DNA of 61,622 bases, filler included, from Sphacelaria rigidula (GCA_964200075.2; 4 parts of 4 records of this genome joined end to end with filler, not necessarily neighbours in it); one strand, 5' to 3'; positions 23,101 through 37,519 are shown, counted from the whole stretch's first letter. Made by a program: numbers and translations. Notes: generated by a model not told the origin, from the sequence alone.

Positions 23101-26100
23101 GACAACCTTGTTAATGTTTGGGCTTCGACCTTCAGGGGTGATGCAATGGCCCAGGAACTCGATATGACTCGCGCCAATGCGGGATTTGGTGGGAGCGAGT
23201 TTCGAATTGTGCTGTTCAAATCGAGCGAAGAAGGATGCCAAGTGTTCGACGTGTTGCGGAGGTGTACTACCGTGGCACATCGCATCGTGGATGTGCATAT
23301 GACACGTGGACAATCCATCAGTCACACGGGACATCACGCGTTGAAACGCCTCAGGGGCGCCGACGGCACCTTGTAATGTTTCCAGCCATTAATGCAGGCC
23401 TGACGGTGTACAAAACGCCGTCAGTTGTGTAGATTGCGAGTTCATCACAAGCTGGTAGTAGCCGGATTGCACATCAAAGGTCGAAAATACTTCACCACCG
23501 CCATGAGAGTCGATGGTCTCATCTATCCGGGGAAGAGGTAGACGTGCAATTTTGGTGACTGCGTTCAATCGTTGGTAATTGACCGTCAGTCTGATCTCAC
23601 CATTCTTCTTCCGGACGACAACTTAAGGCGAAGCCCACGGGGATGTCGAGTGCCTTAGTAAATCAGCGAATGAGTGTCCGTCGAGGATTACCTGGATCTC
23701 ACCCGCCCAGAGAGGGTTTGTAGGGTACGGATGCATAGCCATAGGTGGAGTGCCATCAAGAATTTTGGTGGTGAACGGTATTGTGGTGCAGTGGCCTAAA
23801 TCTATAGGCGATATGGAAAACCGTTCCGAATATTTAATCAAGATGGATCTCAACTTATCGATCACCGTGGGTGTCCATCTATCTCCAGATGGATGAAAAA
23901 CGATGTGCCGCAAATGCGGGGGAATATCATTCGACAAGACTTTGAAATTATCACATTGTTTTGGCGATAATCTATCTTGCGATGCAGTCGGGGGTTATGG
24001 GTCGGGCGCGACTGGCGGTTCGTCCACGACCATGTGATCAGTCCTGTCTAACAGAGGGAGGTCCGTTGTTCTAGAGGAGTCGGACCGGTGACTTTGTTCC
24101 TGTAAGAATATACAAATCTGACAAGGTTGTCCTTAGGAGGGGCGCCTCAGCAAAACCCAACAACGGACCGGGAAGTATACTGAAACATGCAGGGGAGGCG
24201 AGAGAAATGGATTCCCGACCCTCCATGAACAATTACTTCTGTCTGTTCAAATGCACCAACATCAAGTGATTGGTCAAGTTTGAGCAATTCGACCAAGTAC
24301 TGTCCAGTGAGGGCAGGGGATCCATTTCGTCGCACAAGATTCACATGAATGACTTGGGGTTCGTGAGAACGGGAAGCTTCGCCTTCGCCAACATAGTACA
24401 GTCGAAAAGAAGTACCTGTTTGGGTTGGGTCATCCACATAGGCATGAGCCCCCGGATCAGTGTCGTGATGTCCCATGTCAATCTGCCAGTGGTAGGACGG
24501 TTGAAAACAGGTTTGTCGGACGTATGCGTATATGTGGAGAAACGTAGTCAACCATCACGCTAAACAAAATATCGATATGGAAGCATTTGGCACTATGAGT
24601 GCCCATACGTAGTATTGAGCAGTCGGACTCATGTCGGCGAAAAATTGCACGCGACATCTCATTGATTTTTTTACCGTAAGTGAAGTGGAGGGATCAAAGC
24701 CGCCGAAAACACGAGAAGAAACGGTAGAAAGACAAGGCTTGTCGGCCGCCCCAGCGTTGATCATTCGGCTCCAGCAGCTGGCCGTGATGAACGTTTGAGG
24801 CAAGCCTGAGTCGAGTAATACCAGAGGCGTCGAATTGCATGTTGCATGCACTCCACTATGTACATCTACTTTGGTTGTGATGCATCATCCACAATTGTAT
24901 TACTACTGACGATATCCGTCCCAAATCCTGGTGAGGCATGTGCTGACACATCGTGTTTGTGGTTGTGAGAGGCGGTACTAAAATGCACGCGCTGGAAATC
25001 CTTCGGGACAAGATTTCGTCCGGAAGGCTGGTCGGGGCACGGAGTGTCTTCCGAAGTATTTCGTTGATCTGTTGAGTGTTGCATTACGTATTCGGTAAGG
25101 GATGGTCGATGCCTAGGGAAGCCAGATTAGTTACAGCATCCGGCATGGGCAAAAGAGGGGACGAATCGGCAGGGGTTGGAATTGATTTGGCTATACCCTT
25201 CACCCCTTTACCCTTGTTAGTTGGGGCCAACATTAGTACAGTAGGGGACGAGTGGCCGGCCAAACGTGGACGGATCTTTGGTCACAACTCTATGTTTTCC
25301 TTGTGATGAAGACACTGACGGACGGCTTTCATGACAATGAGGCGAACGTCCAATTTGTTGCAAGGTTTCTGTCCTAAGATATTTCGCTATTTCGATGGTG
25401 GGTTTTAACATGGTGCTCGAGGGGTCAGCAGGAGAGGTTCTGACCTATTCGAAATCCGGCGAATACCGGCCTGTTCAACTAGGAGGCCTTGATCTAATGA
25501 AGCCCACACCCGTGCACGTCATGGTGAACGGGTGCGCATGCGCCATCAGGGATATCTACAGGGTCATCCGGAGGAGCCCACCGAAGGTCACGCCTATAGC
25601 GCACCAAACGTTCGGCTGCTCTGGAGGCTAGTGGAAAGTGGTCAAGTACAATCCGCCCTCGGTCACGCTCGTGGCGCGCCGCTATTACGTAGGGTTCCTC
25701 TGCAACTCATTGAGCGACAGAAAGCAGGGGTTCGTGACGGCTGCTCCCCGTCCACGAATGATTACGCTTACCGAAGAGAAGGAGACCGGGCACCGACGCT
25801 ATTTTGGTCGTGGGTGTAACGGGGGTCGGCTTGGCACCTCAGCATTTCCGGAGGCTGCTGTGTGGTCTCATATTGGTATCCTACGATGAAAGGCTACCGC
25901 GGTCAACCAGCCCCCCGCCTCAGACATTCGCCTCGACACGACTTGGGCCCCTCGGCTACCTCAACATACACCGTGTCGGCGAAACAGTCGGTCCCTGTAG
26001 GACCCACCGCCCACCAGATCGTGGCTAAGGAGCCTCGTTCCCACACACTGGAACCTTCCGGTGTGGAAACCTTGGCGGGTTTTCCCCTGCATGACTTTGT

Positions 26101-26600
26101 CAACGGCCCCATGAGTGAGTGCCAGGCACGACGACTCACTGTCCCCGTCACAGAGAAGGCCAGCGACCTACTGGCCTGGTTCCGCTGCCGCTACACAACA
26201 GTAACATTTGCAGGTGTCGTATAATGCGTTCAATTTCAGTCCCTCTCCGAGACTAGCCGAGGGATACAAAACGGGTACGTACAGCCCCTCGTCGGCCTGT
26301 TCTGCGAGATTGAATACCTTCGGACGGCAGTCTATAAATATTCTCAATTCACGACGACGCAAGTTGTACACGATATTGTTGGTACGGAACCTCTTCACAG
26401 CGGTGGGGCCCTGCCTCGAGGATTTGGATTCAGTGAGTCTCAGACAGAGGGCCTTCAGAGAAATTCGATGGATTGTGTATATTGATGGCAAACCCAAGGT
26501 GAAGGAAAACCAGGGTCAAGAATAGTGGCATGGTTGAGCGGACAAAACAGTCGCGGTCCCGCCACCATCCTTCGGCCTCCGCGAGCAGACCGGTGACACG
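20120..26600 (-). mobile_element. Decayed Ty3/gypsy element, family 1 copy A
   Basis: Protease VLLDSG at ~24.8 kb; RT (SPWASP, degenerate YLDD, IEFLGH) at 23.0-23.7 kb; integrase (VVSWDYSGP, WGVPKRLLSDTG, TERMHH) at 21.0-21.7 kb; GPW motif and chromodomain-like end; many stops and frameshifts; gag-side boundary approximate. Confidence 0.85.
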
Positions 26601-26811
26601 CCAACAGACCATGTTCCTCTAAGTAGATATTGATTCGGATAGTATCGATGGAATCAATAATGACAAGGTCGTTGCTTCCTCTCGTTCTGCGCCTCCCACC
26701 TTGGCCGACTTAGTTCCCCTGTCTTCTCATGTCGCAAAGCAGAGGCACGCTCTGCTGAAAGTACAAAAATAACGGAAACAAACATAACAGCAACCGCGTG
26801 CAGTTTATTTC

Positions 26812-27498
26812 ACCCGAGGTTTCACATATCTTATCCACGTCCTGTTTCGCCGTCTGTGGCCACCATCTATCTCCTAGTGTAGCCATCGTTTTTTTGCCAC
26901 TGTCTAATGCATCAAACGAGTTTGTGCCACCTTCGTTCACGTCCCGTATTTCCCCCTCTAGCACATCCCGTTCCTCCTTGCATAGTTCACGTTCTGCAAC
27001 GATATGAGTTCTGCTCTCTATTGCTGTACCACAGGGGCAATTCTGTGCATCTTCCTCCTCTCGACTATTGGTAAATCTCTTTCTCCTCCTTGGCAGGTCC
27101 AGCCCCCCCACCCGAAATCGTAGTTTCCATTTTTTCGCCGCGTCCATTCGGCCACGCAGATATGTTTTCATCCTATGCCCTATCTCAACCTCCCGTGTAT
27201 CATCAGGTCTTCTTCCTAGTCCACTTTGCGTCTGCGCGCTTCTTTCCCCCTTATTCTATCATGCCTCTTACTTTTGTCTTGTACCCCGCTCCTCCGCCTA
27301 TGGATAGTATTTCGTCTTGGTTCCGTCCTATCTCCTTGCATACTTTCTCGACTTGAATATCCAACCTTATTGCAGCCTGCCCTTTCCTTGCTTTCTTCCA
27401 TACAACCCCATCAACTATGGCTGGCAGTCTCTTTCTCTGCATGTTTTTCACGCTATATTGCCATTTCAATTTTCTCATGTCTCTGTTTTACGTGGGTA
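26812..27498 (-). mobile_element. Non-LTR retrotransposon (LINE) ORF2 C-terminal fragment
   Basis: KLKWQY...RLPAI...KTYL...KLRFRVG.LDLP...CPCG...ESRTHIV: post-RT region with degenerate C-x-C...H zinc motif. Confidence 0.7.
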
Positions 27499-28679
27499 GC
27501 GGCGGTGGGACACGGCGGCGGGGGACGACGTTTAGTGGACATTATGTTTGATGCTGAATATTTTGTCGCCGTTGTGTACTTTTTATCGCTCGCTTCAGAC
27601 ACCCTGCTGTGAAGTCGTTGGAGTCTACTGCACTGTACTTCACGTGTGTGCAAACGGCGTGAGTACCCTGCTGCGTGCAAGGATGATTATGGGAATAGCT
27701 CCCGAGCCGAGGGTTCAGGATACCGGCGGAGGTCGTTTTCCGATCGATCCTCATGCACCTGGCGGCGTAATACGGACCAGCTCGTCCTCTTCACGAGATA
27801 CGACGGTGAGAGCCCCTTGGACATTTTGAACCGTTTGACGAGGAGTGGCTCAACTGTGGAATCGGCATCATGCCTCGACCCCCGACCCTCCCGCCCCCGC
27901 TACATTTCCTTCAATGCAGGATCAATGGTATAAAGGTAGGTACAGAAGTATCAAGACTAACAAGAGTCCAAATAGCCTCTCGTGGGGAAAGAGGTTGACG
28001 AAGCCGTGGCAGTATGGCTTATAAGAGAAGCTCGTGCTTTATACATTTGATTTTCTAAGTGCTGAACTCCCTCCCGACACCCGACACCCGACACCCGCTC
28101 GACCGAACGACCTGAGTTCACGAAGGCTGCTATGGCCAGGAGGAGCGATCAGCTGTCGATGAAGACTCTTCGTGAAACACAATGCCTTAGCCTCACGGGT
28201 TTGCATGGTCGGTGGCCTGCTACATCCGCACAGTGTCGCGCGGTAAAGCACACACCTCGCCCTCAAACACATAACCATGAATAATTTTCTCCAGCTTTCT
28301 GACAAGTTGGCGATGTTTTCGCTTCGCATGTGTATTGAAACTACAGTAGTTAGCGTCAGAAGTATGCATACTCCGTAATTTCTTAGTTTGTCAAAGATTT
28401 TGCAGATTCGTTGCGTTCGCCACCGCTCATCACAGTGACTGTTGGATGCCAAAAAATGAGCATCTGGAGATATTTTATTCATCTTGACGAATATTGAAAG
28501 AAAAAATATCTGCGATCTATATTGAGTGACTTACGGGCTTGACCGATTTTCGGGGGTCCTGCGAAAGTGCAACCCCAGGTTCTAGCCTTTCGGTATTTTC
28601 GGTGGACCGAATCAATCCCGATCATATAAGTGAGGACTCAAAGAGGGTTGTTTTAAAAAAAAATCACCTATTCACTGCG

Positions 28680-29165
28680 CTAAAGCCGGAAAATACGTTT
28701 TTTGGACCATTCACGGTCAGTAGCACCCTCCTCATAAACGGTGTCTTTAATCCGTATCGCCCCCACAACACCAACTTGGGCATTGTGATTTGAGCACGGT
28801 CTGCTTATTTTGCTAAAACTATCGACGTCAGCACTTTCGAGTGCTCATGGAAAATGTTACGCAAAAAAACCCCGGAAAGAGGCCATCCGCAGAAAGTGGT
28901 GAACTGAGATCTGTGCAGTATAGGAGGGAAACACGATCTCGATCGTTATTGTGAATTTTTTTTCATGGAATCCATCATCTGAATATTAACCGTTTCGTTG
29001 CGGAAGAGCCGGAAAAACCCTTCAATTGGACCAAAAACGGTAAATAACACCCTCCTGATAAACGGGGTATCTATTCCGTATCGCCCAAAACCTCCAACCT
29101 CGGCACTGCAGTTTGAGCGCGGCCTACGCTTTCCCCCTAAATCTACCGGCGCTAGCACTTTCAAG
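28680..29165. repeat. Diverged ~165-bp direct repeat pair (28680-28845 and 29005-29165)
   Basis: Shared CACCCTCCT.ATAAACGG...TCCGTATCGCCC...TTTGAGC.CGG...AGCACTTTC. Confidence 0.7.
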
Positions 29166-29764
29166 TAGTAGTGAACAATAGTACTCGAGAAAAATTAAAA
29201 AAAACTACAACAACTACGGATTCTGAAAACTTCTGATGCTGACTACTACATGCCTATCCCCTGCCCCCCCCCTCACGCTCTCGCAACCAACCCTTCAACT
29301 CACTTTTTGGGTTAGGTTATGTATCCCCGAATATTCGTTTCCAGAGTAGCAAGATCGACACCTATAATGAATTCGTTCTACTTCTACAGCACATCGAGCT
29401 GGAATACCTCCCCACCTTTTCGAGGAGATTTCACCGCATGGTCGTCTGTCACCCTGGAATTCACGTTCAGTGGCCCATCACTGAGCATAACACAATTGCT
29501 TGGTCCTCAAAATGTCATCATTTGGCATTCCCATGTTCCACCGTATTTACGTTCACCGCCACATCCGCTGCCCCGCATGACACGTAGCCCGCCACCTGTG
29601 TTTGTTGCCGTGGTGATGGTGCCATCTGACGCGGAGCAGTCAGTTGGGTCGTGGCTGGGAATTTCATGCGTAGGATACTCGGCGCAGCTGTGATATCTCG
29701 TACCCTATTATGCGAATGTGGTGTTCGTGAGGTGTCACCTCATCTTTTCTCGATGCTACTCGTA

Positions 29765-30200
29765 GCCAAAACACCTTCCGGTATATGAAGGCGCATCAAC
29801 CATGGCCGCAGAGGATGAAGGTCAACACGGGATTTTCATATTCTTGTTTTAGGACTCCACCTCCCTTTTGCGGTGCTTGCCTTATTTTTTATCACGAGAA
29901 GAGTCCAGCTGTCCTTTTCCCTTGTCAACCGTGAAGTCGAACTTTATGTACCCACGCCATGATCACTCTCCACTGTTGGGCATAATGTATATGTTGTGGT
30001 ATTGTCCCATCTATTCTGGACGCTGGTCTACACCTTTCGGTATATGTGGGCGCACCAGCCGGGATCACACAGGAGGAAGGTCAACACAGGAGTCTTGTCT
30101 TTTTTGTTTTTGTCTTAGTACTCCACCTTCCCTCTACGGTGCTTGCCTTTATTTTTTTATCGCGAGAGGGGTTTAGCAGTCCCTTTTTCCTCGTCGACCG
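29765..30200 (-). mobile_element. Two tandem SINE-body fragments
   Basis: GAAGGTCAACAC...CTCCACCT...GGTGCTTGCCTT...CGAGA...CCTCGTCGACCG occurs twice. Confidence 0.65.
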
Positions 30201-30766
30201 TATACGAGCTGGGCCAGCCAAGAGCAGGTGTGCATCTCGCTCAGGCGACGCACGGCGTGATACTAGGAGTTGGACGTTCAAATTTTGACAGCAGCTTTTT
30301 ATGATTGAAATGCAGGAGATCACGTGAGCAGCAAAGTAAAAAATGAGAAATAATGAGGAAGTTACGGGGGTTCGAAATTTCAGCTAAAACAAGATAATGC
30401 CACGAGTCCAGGAAAAAAATGAGAATCTGGAGCTGCTCACGTGATGTATCATTTCCTTGGGTGCAGAAGCTCTTCGTGAAATTTCAGCTCAAGAGTCGTC
30501 GAATTGGGCCGTGCGTGCAACACAATGCGTGACGGTGCTGCACCCCTATAATTACAGTGATGGGGGACTCTAATTTTGGAGGTCATGAGTTCGAATCCCG
30601 ACAGATTCTCTTTTTTTTTGTCCGTCGTTGAGGTCATATACTATGCAGTACATTTTTCTTCATTTTTTGTTTCATTCAGCGGCGGTGCCGTGTGTTACCA
30701 GTTTTGTCTACACTTCACAGTGATATGCTTACATCGGGTTCATTCGGGAAACTGGGAAAGCTGTGG

Positions 30767-30866
30767 NNNNNNNNNNNNNNNNNNNNNNNNNNNNNNNNNN
30801 NNNNNNNNNNTTAATTAATTAANNNNNNNNNNNNNNNNNNNNNNNNNNNNNNNNNNNNNNNNNNNN
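30767..30866. other. Artificial scaffold spacer
   Basis: N44-TTAATTAATTAA-N44. Confidence 0.97.
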
Positions 30867-30935
30867 ATGCGTGGTCAATGGTCAAATGACTAAGGCAAGC
30901 AACAAATGAGTACGCCCCCCTCCTTTCCCCCCCCC
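30867..30935 (+). mobile_element. 3' terminus of a non-LTR retrotransposon with C-rich tail
   Basis: ATGCGTGGTCAATGGTCAAATGACTAAGGCAAGCAACAAATGAGTACGCCC identical to the insert at 58462-58512. Confidence 0.7.
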
Positions 30936-31003
30936 TGGACGCAGGAACAGGAGAAGTCGGGGGGCACAGCAGGGAAGAAGTAGCGCGTTTAGTTCAAGCG
31001 CTG

Positions 31004-32029
31004 GTGCTGGGGGGCGTTGGGGGTAGCACCCACAGGACGTATAAAGCGCGTTTTGAAGTGTGGGAAAAGATGCGCTGTGCACAGGGAAAATCACCCTGGT
31101 TGACTGAAACCGATGAACCGGACGATGTGATCAATGCACTGACCGAGCTCATGGCTATGCGATGTTTCGTGCACAACAACCAACACTCCACCATAAGAGG
31201 CTACCTCGCCGCTATCAAGTATTTCCATAAAGTGTATATCGGATGGGACTTACATACAACGCACGGCAGGAGTAGGGCTGTAGGAAAAGGGATCGATAGA
31301 GCTCACGCATCGACTCAAGGAAAACCGCACATCAGGCGGCCGTTGACTTGGGCTTTGCTAAAATAAGAGCGACAGACAATAACCGAGGACCCGGACGGGG
31401 GTCATGTCATGTGGCTTGGTCTCGCGCTCTCGTATTTTTTGCTGTGCAGGGCATCCGAGTTGTGGGCGTACCCCGACGATACCGTCCACCCAGAGTTATG
31501 CTTATCCCGCAATTGCATCATTTTTTTCCGGGAAGACGTACAGTTCGATTTTGCGAACCGCGCGTTTGCGAACCAAGTGAAGATTCACTTCGTTGCCTCC
31601 AAATCCGAAAAAAAGAGGACATGTTGCATCATTACGAGAACAAGGATCGTTGATTCGGTGCGATCGGGCGGAGTACCGGCGGGCGCGTTCGAGGCGCTTT
31701 TGGACTTGTTGGATGTGCACCCATAACTGCCAGGCCACGCACCCCTGACCACGAGAGCCATGCCGACGGGATGGAAGGTTTTCACTCGGATTAAAGCAGT
31801 AACAGCGTTAAGAACCATGGTCAGCCGTGCGGGTAGAGACCCGTCCAAATACGCCTTACACTCAGGCAGGATCGGTGGGGCCATACAACTAGCGGCTCGA
31901 GGAATCTCCGAAGCACAGATTCAACGAGCAGGACGATGGAAGTCGAGGGCGTTTATGGTTTACGTAAGGGAGGCGGGGGACGGCGCAGAGGGCGTCTCCG
32001 TCGCGCTAGGAGAACAGCGAGTAGGGTAG
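31004..32029 (+). pseudogene. Tyrosine recombinase of DIRS/Ngaro-type retroelement, two in-frame stops
   Basis: Three ORFs in one frame; STIRGYLAAI..H (SAM-like domain), LCRASEL (Arg), SKS (Lys), HSGRIGGA (HxxR), GRW, MVYVR (Tyr); TAA at 31364 and 31724. Confidence 0.88.
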
Positions 32030-32852
32030 CCAGACGTTCAAAGTTAGGGCTTAACAAGATACTCGACTGTCAATCAGGCTCGCCTAACGGGGGAGAGGTG
32101 GATAGCTCCGCAGGGGATAGTAATAAAATGATCGTCAGCGTCGGTTTTCGGGTTAGCCTGATTAATAGTATGTAGTGGTTGATGAGTTGATGGGGACAAA
32201 AAATGCACCGAGTGCATACCGCATTGAGTTTGATTTGTTTTTGGTTACGGGTATTTTAATTTGCGGTAATTCTCGTGGGACACTGCCGTGCGTAGAAACG
32301 GGACAACACATAATACCAGAATCCGTGAGCCGAAGCAAACGGTAGCGTTCAGTATGAAAGCGGTGTTTGCGTAGGCGTTTACGAATTCTAACAATGTGGG
32401 ACGTACGTGCAGAAAAACGGTACGGTGTCTGTCCTTGTTTCCCAGCTGCAGTGCCGCTGCCAGTAAAAAAGTTGGCCATCGTAGCTAGGTTACCGCACAA
32501 ACGAGTACAGATACCATCACCAGCAGCAAGTAGCATTCATCTAGCAGCGGCCGACTGGTATAAGCAGCACACGGGCATGCTCACACTTTTACTACAGACA
32601 GTAGTACAGTACACAACGCCTACTTCAGGAAGCATACAAAACTGTCTGCAGATAGCACAGTCAGTGCAACAACAGTACTACAACAGTACAAATCTCAGCT
32701 GTCTCAACTCAAAAGTGCTGTACGACACACCGACATATGCAGGACTTGTGAATGACTTTCGGGCGCCGAGGTGCACTGCCCTTGTACCTAACGCTGTGTA
32801 CTGTGCCGGGCTCGTATCCGGAGTCTGTGTTAACGATACTATGTGTGGGTTG

Positions 32853-33050
32853 TCGTCCCATCTATTCTGGACGCCGGTCTACACCTCGCGATATACGTGG
32901 GCGCACCGGCCGTGGTCACACAGGAAGAGGGCCAACACAGGAGTCTTTTCAGTTTTTGTTTGTTTTCAGTACTCCACCTTTCTTCTGCTGTGCTTGCCTT
33001 TATATTTTATCGCGAGAGGGGTTCAGCAGTCATTTTCCCTCGTCGACCGT
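32853..33050 (-). mobile_element. SINE-body fragment
   Basis: Highly similar to 30003-30200. Confidence 0.65.
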
Positions 33051-35246
33051 TCGAATATACTGCTGTCGCGTATTCAACGGTACGGGGACAGCATAAACAA
33101 CTAAAGTCATGCTAGGATAGGACGGAGGGTATTGTGGGCCGTTGCTTCCACTAAATTCAACTTCGAATCGATTTTAGGAGCAACGATCTTCAGAATGGGC
33201 GTGTTGCCGATATATAACGCTCATTCATACTGCTTGACGCCATTTTAACCAAATAAACGCGCACGGCGAGTTTGTCGGATTGTCCGAAACATCTATGAGT
33301 CTTTCGCCCCTGGAATAAAACACCCAACCTATGGTAGGACGGCTCTGTATGTACTCTTCTGCGCTGTACGGGTAACACCGCATGGGTTGGCGCAGAGTAC
33401 AAGCGCAGAAAAGCACGGCGCGACTTGTACCTCTTGAACTCATGACACCAACCGCGTGGCATTCGGAACAGAAAATACAAAACCCTGACACGTTTGCCAC
33501 GGTCCACACCTACGTGGTGAAAAAAATAAAAACAAACCTGGGGTTTAAGCGTAAATAATCCAGTCGTTTCTTGCTGTTATCCCTGAGTTCAGATTTTTCC
33601 CCCCGAAACTCTCTAATATTGGGATCAATGGTACTTTTGTCAGCCAACAATCTTAGCCATGACACTCCATCCGTGGTTCACAATATTGCCTCGTTTATTT
33701 TCTTTCCCTCCCTCTGTATATGATTGTTTTTTTTCTTAACCCCACCGTGATTAACTCGGGGGAAGCTATTTCTCTTCTGTTTCCTTGACGCCTCTCTTGT
33801 TTATATTTGGTATTATTTTGTTTTCGTTTTTTCTTGAGTCTTGGAAGAAGCGATGGGAGCTCTGTCGATTGTAAGTAATAGCAAGATTGTATTGGGAAGA
33901 CGAGCTCACGTCTGTGACCACAGATTCGAGATATTGAGCTAATGTGCGGGAATAATAATAATAATAGTAATAATAACAGCTGGTGGTAGCCACGGCTGAC
34001 GCGCGTGACAGCAGTGCTGCAGGTATCAACGGCACAGGTCTGCATGCGAGGTTTTGAACAAAGCTGCGGAAAACAAAAAATGGCCCTGATATTCTTCACC
34101 ATGGTTTCATCAGTAAAAGCAGATAGAAACTTCAAACCCCACGGCTAACCGTAACCACCACGGAAGAAGAAATAAGGCCTGAACATGTTGGCGCCAACCC
34201 GACAGCGCTACATTCATGAAAACCTATCCTGACGAAGCAGGCACCAAACCGAGTAGAATAGCGCCCCGTCTCTCATCTAGCCCCCCACCGGACGTACATT
34301 TATACCTCGTCAGGGCGTGCCTGAACCACTTATGTTTGGGTGGGAACCTATCAGGTCGTTTGTCTGTTTTTCCACCGCACGTTCGCGAAGATACGCCGAC
34401 AGATAAGCATAACGTTTGAAAAATGATTGCCCCAAAGTCGATCAATTTTCACTCTGATCCAGACGTGTTACGTCCAGATTGGGGTCGCACACCAATTCCC
34501 TTGAGGCCCTTAGGGCTGAAAAGGCTTCTACTGATCCTAAATTCAAAAAGTGTCCGTCCGTCCTGTCCAACCGGACCTCATTACGAAGCTCGGAATCACG
34601 CACGTTTCCCCCCCGAATTGATTCACAGCCGCGCTGCGCGAAAAAAACTCCGCATCGCTCTTCAAACTTCAATCGAGACGTCCTCGACAATTTTCAGCTT
34701 CGTTGGTGCTCATGGCTTGTGTTTCGCTTCTGTCTCTGGGCGCTCTCAAGAACAACCCAATTCGACCAATTTCGAGAAGAGCGAGCCTTGATTGAACTTC
34801 TCAGACTCGACTATCGCAACTTCATTCGAGGCACCTTTGGAGGTTACTTTTGGAGGTTGGAGGCATTACACGCAGAAAGCGGCTCTCCGAATCACTTCGC
34901 TCACCCTCAAGAAGGTTCAGCTCTATTGATGCTTCCTGCGATATCTTCACTTGTGTACCGATGCTGTCCGTGGCTGAGGTGAGGCGGGTGTTGAAATACG
35001 TGATCGTATTGATTCGAACTGCTCCCGGTGTGTCGAAAAACGGCGAACGTACGGGCGCTTCAGGTCGCAACGTACGCGGTGGGCTGAGACGTATCTCGGC
35101 TTCTACGGCGACAAATGGAGACTGCACAGGTGCGACCTTGCGCTGCTGAACTGTCTGTGCTCGCAGAGCTGCGCTTCGCACGGGGTTCAACAAGTGGATA
35201 AGAAGTGTTGACACCGTACCCTGCTGCGATGGCAATATTTTATCCT

Positions 35247-35496
35247 GGACACTTTCTACGATAGCGCCCCCCAAAACCAGACCAAAAGTGTCACAAAAAC
35301 AATGGCCATACAGCGTCTGATACTGGGATTCAGGCCGCATGAAGCGTCTCATATTGGCGACGTTGGCTAAGACGAACCCAAGCGTGGGAATTCCCAGCTG
35401 CTCGTTGTGCTCGGCTTTTCTCATTTCGATTTACGTGAATATTTTGCCTTCCAAAACCATGCACTTTGGGGGGGGGGGCTATCGTAGAAAGTGTCC
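35247..35496. mobile_element. MITE
   Basis: TIR GGACACTTTCTACGATAGC-C-rich / G-rich-GCTATCGTAGAAAGTGTCC. Confidence 0.8.
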
Positions 35497-37519
35497 CTGC
35501 ACTGCGCTACTGTCATAACTGTACTCTGTACTATCCTACAATCTGCGTAGTCCAACGTCTAGAATCGCTCTTATCGTCTTGTCTTCTTCGCTGGAACCCT
35601 CAGACACAACAGCCAAAATTCATGTGTGACCTCGCCCTCTACTTCTCAATACATGAAGGGTACTCGTTGTTGAAAGGCGATTTTGCCCTTTATGCACAGC
35701 AGTACAGAACGAAGCAGCACCTGGTGGCACGCCACAAAATGAAATGCCGTCACACACTGCTCGCTGCAACGGAAAAACACGCAGCCCAAAACGAAGCTTG
35801 TCGAGCGTCGCATAGTTTGCATATCATTCTAATATCATTAATAGTATGTACAGACAGTTACTAAATACATGACCACAGTCGCCATCAGATGTAAGGCGGT
35901 ACACATACTAAAATCGCTCTCGACGCCTTGGCTTCTGCACTCGAGCCCTGACACGAAGCAGCCGCCAGCTGTGTCTTTCTTCAGTGACCTCTCCCTCTGT
36001 AATTTGGCACTTGAAAGAATATTCGCCGTTAAATGGCGAAAATGCCCTTTGTGCACAGCCGCACACAACAAAGTAGCGCCTGGTGGCACGCAACCAAACT
36101 GCATGTCGTCACAACTTGTTTGCGGCAAGCAAAAACATATGCGCACCGATTTTTTTGAACCAGCTATCTTCGACCTCGAAAGACGCTAAACACTGTTTTC
36201 GTGAATTTGAGAGTATAGCGCTGATTGAGAGTGGATTTTGTCATTCGCGTCAACTGGTCACTATTTCATTCCGTGTGTGCTTTTCTTTACTCGCGTGTGC
36301 TTTTAGCTACACGTAGATATCCTCATCAGGGATATCAAGGGCTTCGGTGGCAAGCTACTACTACAGAAAGCATATCGGGCCTTGTGGAAGGGCATTTCGG
36401 GACTCAATCGCTTTGCTTTCAAATTGACCGCTTCTCACTCCCAATCGTATGCTCTACTCTCCATCTCACGAAAAATATTTGCTACTGATCCTCAACCCAA
36501 AAGTTCCGATCGCACAACGCTTAGATCTCGGCAACGAAGCGGGGGATTGGACTGCGGTTTCTCGCGTGCGCTTCCCACACACCCAAGCTACGTCGCCTAG
36601 TTACGTTTTCGCGCCTGCGCGTCTTACTTACTCATAAATAAACCAAATATGCTAAAATAAGGTGTTCTCCGCTCTGGGGGATTCTGATCCACTGCTGCGA
36701 CTGGACCTAAATGTGTAACCAGTTTCCCTAGATCCTGTATGTATGCGGGGGGCTGTCAAGTGCCGTGGACAGGCTTGCTTCCTGTGTCGAAAACGGAGCA
36801 ATCTCCAGTGCTAGAGCTTCCCCATTCTAAACCAATTTAATAAGTGATGAAGCATGTGTTCGTGAGGGCCTCGGCACAGGCCCGACCACCTACAGACGTG
36901 TTCATTATTTTTGCGCGTTATTTTTTACATCGCATTTTGTGTAGAGTTTTGGTCGTAAGGGTCCGCATTCCTACCCATAACTGTGCTATCCTACACTCTG
37001 CTGTCGCTGTACTTGAAGAGCGATGAATGACACTGCACTCGTGAACTCTTGTCGCACACTGTGCACTGTTCTCGTAATACCGACTGTATCGTCATGTATT
37101 GCCACACGGCATTACCGTGTACTGTGGTTGTGGAGTGTACTGCACTGTATTATACCCTCGGGTACCACGGGACGACGCAGCTCTTGAAAGATGATTCACT
37201 GTCTGCATGTTCGTCGGCTTTATTATGACACCACACCCCTGCAGAAAATGATCCTCTGTGTACAGAACAATGTCGACAAATCTGTAAAACCATGACACAT
37301 ACAGCGTACACACGAATCTGAGTTTCGCGAGTCTGAGTTCTCCCGATGTGGCAAAGATTGGGGTTCCGTCAGATTCGGGATTGACTGTTATACAAGTTGG
37401 TCTAATGCCTGAGTAAGAAAAAGTAGCCCCCCGAATGACCAAAAACGACGCAGGATCAGTCATAATAGAAGGTGGGGGTAAATTCGTATTCCCCCCTACA
37501 TGGGTGACTGTACTGTTTT

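Noticed and set aside
31004-32029. Prophage or bacterial integrase
   Set aside because: Motifs (HSGRIGGA, GRWKS) and eukaryotic TE context fit a YR retroelement; no phage genes nearby
32367-35424. Long ORFs 32367..33104 and 34822..35424
   Set aside because: They run through SINE/MITE sequence and show no recognisable domain
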